Of a stretch of 64,000 nucleotides of DNA, positions 57,001 to 64,000 are shown piece after piece. The notes under the pieces are model-generated. The model saw nothing but the letters and a program-made list of their open reading frames with translations, was not told the origin of the DNA and did not search any database. Within the stretch, counting starts at the first letter, position 1; each line of letters starts with the position of its first letter. Source of the stretch: a virus (taxonomy: Duplodnaviria > Heunggongvirae > Uroviricota > Caudoviricetes); IMG/VR virus record IMGVR_UViG_2541047860_000002. One strand, written 5' to 3'. The translations under genes and the position numbers were made by a program.

Positions 57001-58011
57001 TTAAACGCTCGCTACATTATACCAGGTGCCATTTATATACTTTTGAACGGGTCTGTAATAAACGCCCGCTATATTATCGGCAGAGTTGGACCCTGTATCC
57101 TGAACATTAATACCAGACAATACATGACCTGACGGGCACTGGAAATTCCATGTTTGCCAGTTGTTTACTCCATAATATTGCTGTGAACCAAGTCGAACAT
57201 CTTTCACATAACGGGAATCAAAGTTACCGTAATCCGAGGGATTAACACGCCCTGTAATATTTATGGTTTTATTACTTTGAATGCTGCCGGAGACAAAGCG
57301 CATAACATGGACGTTATTAGCATAAACGTCCAGATTACCGTCGCCATTTTGTTTAAAGCCCGTGTCATTATCACCCAAAACAATCGAGTTACCGCCAAGA
57401 GCACTGGATGTTCCGATACCCAATGCACCATTCAATTGACCGCCAGATAATGACAACGCCCCAACCTCAGCAGCAGTCGGTTTAATGTGCGAACTGTAAA
57501 TTACATATACAGTTCCATCTGTCAGGCCTGTTGGTTTATTCGCTGTATAAGTTGGTGATGTATGAATTTGTACAGTTGCATCCTTTGTATAATCCCACTG
57601 GATATTAACACCTGTGGCGTAATTACCTATTTTTACATAAATGTCATAGGTATCACCGGATGTATTCACCCATGCAAAATTAGTAAATCCAACCGAGGTC
57701 CGTCGCCATAATGCACCAGTAAGACCTTTTGGATTTCCATTTCCCGCACGAAGAACAAGTTCAGATATACCAGCCTGCATAGGGGAGTTAACATTATATC
57801 CAGCACCACCAATCAGACTTATGTAAACCACGGAACTGGCTTGTGGCATTGTTACAGTTGCCAGTTTGAACCATCCAGCACCACCACTAAAAGACATGGT
57901 TGTTGAATTTGTTGTGCCGATATTACGCAGGAATAGTTTTTTATCGGGAATATCTGCGCCGTTCTGGTTTTTCTGTAATGCGCCAGAAGCCTGATTTACC
58001 GTTTCCTGCAA
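57001..58011 (-). CDS. Alternative tail-fibre variable cassette (Sv'-type), no ATG start
   Basis: Shares ...[11 protein letters not shown]... junction with the plus-strand cassette; TAA stop 3 codons upstream inside the crossover site. Confidence 0.65.
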   Translation of the reverse strand: MQETVNQASGALQKNQNGADIPDKKLFLRNIGTTNSTTMSFSGGAGWFKLATVTMPQASSVVYISLIGGAGYNVNSPMQAGISELVLRAGNGNPKGLTGALWRRTSVGFTNFAWVNTSGDTYDIYVKIGNYATGVNIQWDYTKDATVQIHTSPTYTANKPTGLTDGTVYVIYSSHIKPTAAEVGALSLSGGQLNGALGIGTSSALGGNSIVLGDNDTGFKQNGDGNLDVYANNVHVMRFVSGSIQSNKTINITGRVNPSDYGNFDSRYVKDVRLGSQQYYGVNNWQTWNFQCPSGHVLSGINVQDTGSNSADNIAGVYYRPVQKYINGTWYNVASV

Positions 58012-58028
58012 ACCGAGGTTTTAGATAA
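58003..58028. other. gix-like crossover site TTCCTGCAAACC-GA-GGTTTTAGATAA (right)
   Basis: 24/26 identical to the Mu gixL sequence as recalled. Confidence 0.75.
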
Positions 58029-58082
58029 TGGCCGTTTCTGACCTGCATGGCATGATTTACGCTTTTGGACGGGAGATTCAGC

Positions 58083-58670
58083 GTGCTGATTGGCTATGTA
58101 AGGGTATCAACAAATGACCAGAATACAGACCTGCAACGAAACGCTCTTGTTTGTGCAGGATGTGAACAAATATTTGAAGATAAATTAAGCGGGACAAAGA
58201 CAGACCGACCGGGATTAAAACGCGCTTTAAAGCGCCTTCAAAAAGGTGACACGCTGGTTGTCTGGAAACTGGATCGCCTCGGGCGAAGCATGAAACATCT
58301 GATTTCTCTCGTCGGGGAACTACGGGAGCGAGGGATTAATTTTCGCAGTCTGACCGACAGCATAGATACATCTTCTCCAATGGGACGTTTTTTCTTCCAC
58401 GTGATGGGTGCCCTGGCTGAAATGGAACGTGAATTAATTGTTGAACGTACACTGGCCGGACTGGCAGCAGCGCGCGCACGGGGGCGCACAGGCGGACGTC
58501 GCCCGAAGCTGACAAAAGAACAGCATGAGCAAATAGCAAGGCTGATTAAAAACGGTCACGACAGAAAACAACTGGCAATAATTTACGGCATTGGTACATC
58601 GACGATTTATCGTTACCACCCCGCAGGAGAATCAAGCGGAACAATAGAGAAGAGTCAGAAAACAAAATAA
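58083..58670 (+). CDS. Serine recombinase DNA invertase (Cin/Gin/Hin family), copy 2
   Basis: (M)LIGYVRVSTNDQNTDLQ...; GTG start 58083 with GGGAG upstream. Confidence 0.9.
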   Translation: MLIGYVRVSTNDQNTDLQRNALVCAGCEQIFEDKLSGTKTDRPGLKRALKRLQKGDTLVVWKLDRLGRSMKHLISLVGELRERGINFRSLTDSIDTSSPMGRFFFHVMGALAEMERELIVERTLAGLAAARARGRTGGRRPKLTKEQHEQIARLIKNGHDRKQLAIIYGIGTSTIYRYHPAGESSGTIEKSQKTK

Positions 58671-58700
58671 CCGCTAATCTGACCATTAGCGGTTTTTGTG
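58670..58700. terminator. Bidirectional terminator (ACCGCTAAT-ctgacc-ATTAGCGGT + T5)
   Basis: Direct reading between invertase 2 and tail gene U. Confidence 0.55.
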
Positions 58701-58705
58701 TTAAA

Positions 58706-59200
58706 TCAGAACAGCCCTTTAACTGAACTGGCCGCGCTGTTAAGAGATGATGTCACCTTATCTTTGAAGCCGGACAGCATATCGCTGAACGATGAGGATT
58801 GCAGGCGCTCCCGCAAATCCTCATCACAGCGTTCAAGGGTCAGTGAAAATTCTATCTTTTTCGCCTTACCGTAGCGATCAAACTCGGAACGGGTCGTATT
58901 CGTTCCGGTCAGGACATACATGCCGTAAATCTGCCCGACGCCATCAATCAAAGGCCAGGGTCGTCCTGTATACGCCTGCGTGGTCAGCAGCGACAGCGAC
59001 ACTTCGCCACCTGTAATTTCAGGATAAAGCACACCAGAAAGAACGATGCGATCATCACCTGCACCGATATACTGCCAGCTTGCTGAACGGTTAACGCGTT
59101 CATTTTTCACATGCCGCCAGCTTTTGTTTTGCTGTAACTGCTGATGCGGCAGCGTGCGCAGCTCAAAAACAAACATGCCGTAGATCATCATCATGGCCAT
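58706..59200 (-). CDS. Tail protein (P2 gpU-like position)
   Basis: 164 aa immediately downstream of tape measure. Confidence 0.5.
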   Translation of the reverse strand: MAMMMIYGMFVFELRTLPHQQLQQNKSWRHVKNERVNRSASWQYIGAGDDRIVLSGVLYPEITGGEVSLSLLTTQAYTGRPWPLIDGVGQIYGMYVLTGTNTTRSEFDRYGKAKKIEFSLTLERCDEDLRERLQSSSFSDMLSGFKDKVTSSLNSAASSVKGLF

Positions 59201-59206
59201 GACTCC

Positions 59207-62014
59207 TCAATCTTTATCGTAAAAACTGCCACGCCCGGCACGGGCGCGCCGTTCCATTTCTGCCCTGACCATTTCACCGACCAGTTTCGCCAGTTCGCGG
59301 GGATTCTGTGTAACAACGTTATGCAGATGAACATGAATTTCACCGCCAAATCCGGAGGCAACAGGCTCCCGGTTACGGGAAGTTGCAGGAACTGATGCCA
59401 CTGGCGATCGTATGGCCTCCGCCACCGGGCGGGAGCTGGCCGCAACAACAGGGACCAGCGCCGGAGGCAGCGGAGCCGGAACCACGGGTGTGATATTAAT
59501 TGCGGGGGCAGGCTTACTGACCTGCGCAATCTTCCGCTCCTGCCACTCCCCACGAACAGCAAGTGCGCGGGGCAGGTTCTTAAAGACAATATCGCCGGGG
59601 CCAATGCGTTTTTTCGTCTCATCAACCAGCTTACCTGTGTTATCAGCAATTTTGCTGAGTCTGCGTAGCGTCCCGGTATTGCTGTCTGTGAGCGGTTTGT
59701 TGTCTTTGGGTTTATCACCTCCGGTGCCATTGCCATTTTCCACAGGCTTCGGCGGATTGATTTTCGCCAGGTCCCCCTGAAGCAAGGCAACCTTGTCCTG
59801 AAGAATGGCCGCACGCTGTGCGTCTTCGATTTTCTTGCGCGCCCTTTCCGCTTCATCCGGAAGGACGCCAAGTTTTTCAAGTATCCACGCCAGCGTATCC
59901 AGTAGCATTTTTGCAGGTGTCAGAACAAGTTGTAACGCACCGCCAAGAACGTTACCGAATATCTCGCCAGCACTGGTACATTTATCCAGAGTTTCCTTGC
60001 TGGATTCCATCGGTGACAGCAGCGATTTAAACCAGTTAAACACCTGGCTGATCCCGCTTCCGATTGCGTCAAAAACAGGACCAAACCGTTCAAAGGTTTC
60101 GCGCAACGGGGTCAGCCTTTCCATAATCCCGCTGAACACCCCGGCAAAAAATGCCCTGATGGGATCCCAGTATTTCCAGATAAGAACGGCAGCTCCGGCA
60201 AGCGCAGCCACGATAAGACCAACCGGACTGAACAACGCCCCGATGGCGCCTCCCAGTAAAGAAACGGAACCCGTCACCATTCCCCACAGCGCAGGCAACG
60301 CCCTGACGACATTCATTGACCGGGTAAGAATGTCAAAACCAAGACGCAGGGTGGCCAGCTTCCCGTAAAGCACCCCAATAACCAGCGACAACGAGCCAAT
60401 CGTTGCAGTCATTGCCAACAACGCACCGCCTGCTATCAGTAGCTGGCGCGTCAGTACCGGATGGGCCTGCGCCAGCGAGGTGATTTTTTCAAGCACCCGC
60501 GTGAGCCACTGCGTGACAGAACGCAGCGGACCGTCAACCAGATCACTGATGCGAATACGAAGACCTTCCCATGCGCTGTCGAGATTTTTCAGGTCCCCAT
60601 CAAGATTATCGGCCATTACTTTTGCAACGCGATCGGACTCTCCCCTTGCCCCCTGCAATTCTCTGGTCAGTTTTTGCAGCTCTCCTGAACCAGCCGCCGC
60701 AACAAGCGTCTGCAAACCAACGAACGCCTCTTCTCCGGCGATGTCCTTGAAGAAGGAAACCTGGTCCACCTGTCCGTATTTTTGTGTCGCCTTATAGAGA
60801 TCAAGCAGCACATCCTCCATCGGGCGCATTTTGCCTCTGGCGTCAGCAACTGACACCCCCAGCTCTTTCAGTGCATCAGCCGCAGCTTTTGGCGGTGATG
60901 CAAGGCGGGACAGACTTGCGCGCATGGCCGTACCAGCATCGCTTCCACGAAGACCATTATTGGCAAGCATCCCGGCCATAGCTGCCGCTTCTTCAAGACT
61001 GATACCAAGTTTTGCGGCAACCGGACCGGTATACTTCATGGTTTCGCCCAGCGCGCGTAAATCAGTATTGGTCCGGGTGAATGCCGCTGTCAGCGTATCG
61101 CCAACCCGGTCCATTTGATCGGCTGTCAGGTTGAACTGTGTGAGGATATTGGAGCCTATATCAGCCGTCTCGCCGAGTTCGACGCCACCTGCCAGCGCCA
61201 TATTAAGAACACCGGGCAATGCGGCCTGAATGGCCTGCGGAGTAAAACCAGCCATTGCCAGAAAGCTCTGCCCACTGGCGGCATCACTCGCAGTAAACTG
61301 TGTTTCAGAGCCAAGTTTTAACGCCTGCTCACGCAGCGCCTTAAACTGCGGGCTGTTTTTGTCGATTCGCGTCAGCGCCTGAACGCGGGACATCTCTTTG
61401 CCGAACCCGATCGCGGGCTGCAAAAAACGCCCGGCAGCATAGCCGCCCGCCGCTGCCGCACCAATTGCCAGCGCACCACCTGTTTTCAGTTTTCCCGCGG
61501 TTTCCTGCGCGCGCGAATACCGCTCACGCGCCCGCGTTACACGCGCAAGCGCCTGCCGTTCGCGTTCAAGCTGGTTGTTGTACTGTTCGGTGCGTCTGAT
61601 GGCCTGCTGGATGGTGTTATCGCTGCCTGTCAGGGAAATGCCGTGGCGTTTCAGTTCTCCGCCAATCTCCCGCATTTTCTGAATTTCCCGTGTGCGCGAT
61701 TCATTCAGGCGTTCAAGCCGGGTGCTTAACTGCTGCATCAGCTTTTGTTGTTTTTCGCTGAGCACTGTACCCGTGCGTTGTAACTGATTAAGGGCGTTAA
61801 GCTGGCGTCGTGCTTTCACGATGCCCGCATCCGCTTTACTGACAGCGTCACGGGCGCGCTCAAATGAACGCGCCTGACGCTCGAGATTTTTGATCGCCCC
61901 CTGCGTTCGCTGGATGGAGTCACCAAACTGCCCCATCAGGCGGCGGGCGTTTTCGGCAGGCCGGGTCAGCCTGTCAACGGCGCTGAAAGCGACCCGGATA
62001 TCAAGAGTCTTCAT
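59207..62014 (-). CDS. Tail tape-measure protein
   Basis: 935 aa, coiled-coil N-terminus, Gly/Ala-rich hydrophobic middle; follows E/E' frameshift pair. Confidence 0.85.
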   Translation of the reverse strand: MKTLDIRVAFSAVDRLTRPAENARRLMGQFGDSIQRTQGAIKNLERQARSFERARDAVSKADAGIVKARRQLNALNQLQRTGTVLSEKQQKLMQQLSTRLERLNESRTREIQKMREIGGELKRHGISLTGSDNTIQQAIRRTEQYNNQLERERQALARVTRARERYSRAQETAGKLKTGGALAIGAAAAGGYAAGRFLQPAIGFGKEMSRVQALTRIDKNSPQFKALREQALKLGSETQFTASDAASGQSFLAMAGFTPQAIQAALPGVLNMALAGGVELGETADIGSNILTQFNLTADQMDRVGDTLTAAFTRTNTDLRALGETMKYTGPVAAKLGISLEEAAAMAGMLANNGLRGSDAGTAMRASLSRLASPPKAAADALKELGVSVADARGKMRPMEDVLLDLYKATQKYGQVDQVSFFKDIAGEEAFVGLQTLVAAAGSGELQKLTRELQGARGESDRVAKVMADNLDGDLKNLDSAWEGLRIRISDLVDGPLRSVTQWLTRVLEKITSLAQAHPVLTRQLLIAGGALLAMTATIGSLSLVIGVLYGKLATLRLGFDILTRSMNVVRALPALWGMVTGSVSLLGGAIGALFSPVGLIVAALAGAAVLIWKYWDPIRAFFAGVFSGIMERLTPLRETFERFGPVFDAIGSGISQVFNWFKSLLSPMESSKETLDKCTSAGEIFGNVLGGALQLVLTPAKMLLDTLAWILEKLGVLPDEAERARKKIEDAQRAAILQDKVALLQGDLAKINPPKPVENGNGTGGDKPKDNKPLTDSNTGTLRRLSKIADNTGKLVDETKKRIGPGDIVFKNLPRALAVRGEWQERKIAQVSKPAPAINITPVVPAPLPPALVPVVAASSRPVAEAIRSPVASVPATSRNREPVASGFGGEIHVHLHNVVTQNPRELAKLVGEMVRAEMERRARAGRGSFYDKD

Positions 62015-62269
62015 TATCTACATTCCCGCTGCGAAGTGCCGCCCGCTCACGCCAGCTAACCACTTCGCCGGGCGTCATCATGAAGATTTCGGCGGGCGAC
62101 CAGTTAAAAATGGCGGCGATATCTGCCACCAGATCTTCGATGTGCTCAAAGCACACCAGGGTGATTACGCTGCCGTCTCCTGCACGCTCTTCGCGCCAGA
62201 GTCTGGCTCGCTCATAAAATTTACAGCCACAGCGCACAACTGAATAAAATCGCGTGACGACATTTTTTT
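62001..62269 (-). CDS. E' extension of tail assembly chaperone, reached by programmed -1 frameshift on A7 (62263-62269)
   Basis: -1 frame open from 62267 to 62001 overlapping the 3' end of E; slippery AAAAAAA in IKKM codons. Confidence 0.5.
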
Positions 62270-62539
62270 AATCATCACTTCATCCAGTCGTGGCGAGGTC
62301 ACGCGAGGCAACAGCGTGAACATGGTATCCGCTTTCAGATTCAGCACATCAGACAGCGACAGACCACGCAGGGATCCAGCCTGTTCAATAGCCCCGGTGA
62401 TCTCCACATACGTGATTTTTTCGCCACCACGCTCAATTGGTCGGGTCAGTTTTACGCCACGTTCGACAGCCATATCCTCACCTGCCGTCACATCATCCGC
62501 CACGGTGTTATTCCGGGTTTCAGTATCGATGTCTTTCAT
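62165..62539 (-). CDS. Tail assembly chaperone (P2 gpE-like)
   Basis: 124 aa between tube and tape measure with overlapping -1 frame. Confidence 0.6.
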   Translation of the reverse strand: MKDIDTETRNNTVADDVTAGEDMAVERGVKLTRPIERGGEKITYVEITGAIEQAGSLRGLSLSDVLNLKADTMFTLLPRVTSPRLDEVMIKKMSSRDFIQLCAVAVNFMSEPDSGAKSVQETAA

Positions 62540-62594
62540 CAGTTGTCTCCTTTTCAGTCAGAGGCGACGCACTGCGCCGCCTGCATATTACTTA

Positions 62595-63107
62595 TCAGCC
62601 AAGCCCGAGCGCGGAACGGATGCGATCGGGCACAATGTCCTTGCCGTCCTTCCGGTAAATGAAGTTCAGCAGGTCAATCTCCCACAACGGGCGATCGTTA
62701 ACACTCAGCTTGTAGTAGGTGTTTTTAATGGCGTAAGTGTGTGATGTGGCTTCGCCCTGTTTGGCTTCCCCCATATCAATTTCCGTCACACGTCCGCGCA
62801 TTTCGACTTCATACAGGTCGCTTTCTGCATCGGTGTAGTATTCACCCGCAAAACGCAGCAGCGTGCCGTCAATCGTGCCGCCATACTTAAGGAACAGCTC
62901 ACGAACTGCGCCCCCCATGACAAAGCTCGCATCAAGCGCGGAGTCGTCCAGACCGAGATCAATACTTACCGCACCCATCATGCCACCACCCCGGTAGCTG
63001 TCGGTTTTGCGCGTCAGCTTAGGCAGAGTGACGGACGTCACCTTACCCACTTCGTTTTCACCATCCACAAACAGCGTAAAAAAGCGAAGATGTTTTGGTA
63101 CAGCCAT
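62595..63107 (-). CDS. Tail tube protein (P2 FII-like position)
   Basis: 170 aa between sheath and E. Confidence 0.55.
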   Translation of the reverse strand: MAVPKHLRFFTLFVDGENEVGKVTSVTLPKLTRKTDSYRGGGMMGAVSIDLGLDDSALDASFVMGGAVRELFLKYGGTIDGTLLRFAGEYYTDAESDLYEVEMRGRVTEIDMGEAKQGEATSHTYAIKNTYYKLSVNDRPLWEIDLLNFIYRKDGKDIVPDRIRSALGLG

Positions 63108-64000
63108 CAGGCACCTCCCAGCACCGCAAATGCGGGACCAAAGAATTCATCAGTAAACGACTGGTAAAGCTCCATGTCTTCCAGCGGGGGAACAGGCGTA
63201 TATTTGTAGCGAATACGCACGCGCCCCTGACGTAAATTCGTGGTGCCGTTATCCACCACGTCATACCAGCACGACGCCCCAATCAGTTTCCCGGCAGTAA
63301 CCAGTGAATCCAGTTTTGCCCTGATGGCACTGATAACATCTTTCACGTTCGCAGGCGTCAGTGGACTGTCGATGGTTTCAAACTGCGCTTCCGCAATTGA
63401 ATCAGCCAGCACCTGTGCGGTTCGGGTATACACCTCAAAGATGTAGGCGTTCGTTTCCGGTGTGCGGTTGCCCCAGAAGCGGAACCCATTGCGACGAATA
63501 ATGGTCGTGATTTCTTTGTTGTTGAGGCTGTTGGCATCGCTGTCTTCGGCCTGCAACGACCAGAACACATGCCTCGACATCCCCAGCACATTTTTAACCG
63601 GAACGTTGGACAGTGATTTGTGCCAGCCCTGCTCATGGTCAATGTACGCACGAAGGCCGCACGCATAGGCAGGCGCGGGGAACGTTTCGTTTTTGCCACT
63701 TTTCGGGTTGTAGGCAATGAAGTCCGGCCATAAGAGCATCACCTCACGTTCGTTGAATTTCTGGCGGTAGGTAATCGCCTCAGCCATCGTGTTACAGCCG
63801 TAACATGAGGCATACACAAACGCGCGCAGTTTACCTGCAATCACGCACAGGGATTTTGTTACAGCCTCCGTGTCCAGCTCCGGCGCGGCCAGAATACGCG
63901 GACGGTATCCGATGCTTTCATCCTGCTCTGCAACAAGCAGCGCATACATCCCCGTATAGCTGCCGTCAGATTCAGAGCCACCGATAACCAGTTGATCCTG
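63107..64000 (-). CDS. Tail sheath protein, 5' end beyond window
   Basis: Frame open to window edge; precedes tube gene. Confidence 0.55.
   Translation of the reverse strand, partial: QDQLVIGGSESDGSYTGMYALLVAEQDESIGYRPRILAAPELDTEAVTKSLCVIAGKLRAFVYASCYGCNTMAEAITYRQKFNEREVMLLWPDFIAYNPKSGKNETFPAPAYACGLRAYIDHEQGWHKSLSNVPVKNVLGMSRHVFWSLQAEDSDANSLNNKEITTIIRRNGFRFWGNRTPETNAYIFEVYTRTAQVLADSIAEAQFETIDSPLTPANVKDVISAIRAKLDSLVTAGKLIGASCWYDVVDNGTTNLRQGRVRIRYKYTPVPPLEDMELYQSFTDEFFGPAFAVLGGA

Larger units (their letters stand above)
54316..58028. mobile_element. Invertible tail-fibre segment (G/C-segment type) bounded by gix-like sites
   Basis: Opposed fibre C-terminal cassettes with their U/U' chaperones between two crossover sites; inner perfect 29-bp inverted repeat 54975-55003 / 57948-57976. 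Confidence 0.65.
1..64000. mobile_element. P1-like temperate phage / phage-plasmid segment (partial, mosaic with P2/Mu-type tail module)
   Basis: Co-occurrence of Cre+lox-like site, ref, phd-doc, humD, pacAB, DarB-like giant protein, plp+tRNAs, cin+invertible fibre segment; no integrase or att seen. Confidence 0.7.

Noticed and set aside
59191-61321. ORFs overlapping the tape-measure gene, including a 229-aa minus-strand ORF
   Set aside because: Alternative frames of a 935-aa ORF with typical tape-measure composition; no independent start signals.
1-64000. Integrase and attL/attR junctions of an integrated prophage; transposase/IS elements; rRNA
   Set aside because: The only tyrosine recombinase is the Cre-like protein with its lox-like site; no transposase or rRNA-like sequence seen, consistent with a plasmid-borne P1-like phage.

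Overview
The window reads as one contiguous stretch of a P1-like temperate phage or phage-plasmid, with gene order rearranged relative to P1 and a P2/Mu-type tail module at the right end. No integrase or att core is visible. P1-type markers recognised by motif and context: a diverged Cre next to a lox-like 13-8-13 site, ref, phd-doc, humD behind a LexA box, pacA-pacB, a 2278-aa DarB-like methyltransferase-helicase, a plp lipoprotein inside a five-tRNA cluster, a putative lydA/darA-type operon, and a Cin/Gin-type invertible tail-fibre segment. The left 5.6 kb is AT-rich cargo of unknown function, and 8.3-16.3 kb is a lambdoid-style block of small early genes. The strongest candidates for something undescribed are: (1) a dispersed operator-like motif TGTTAGAAAAYTAAWTT in at least 11 copies, unlike the P1 C1 operator; (2) a C-terminal RRxSW...DW module shared by five proteins, resembling the DUF2829/Tad2 anti-Thoeris sponge fold; (3) duplicated Rha-type antirepressor modules, one fused to that module; (4) an invertible fibre segment flanked by two invertase genes but with no constant fibre part in the window; (5) a frameshifted VRR-NUC nuclease gene. 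All protein family calls are from motifs recalled from memory; no database search or tRNA/RNA-folding software was run.
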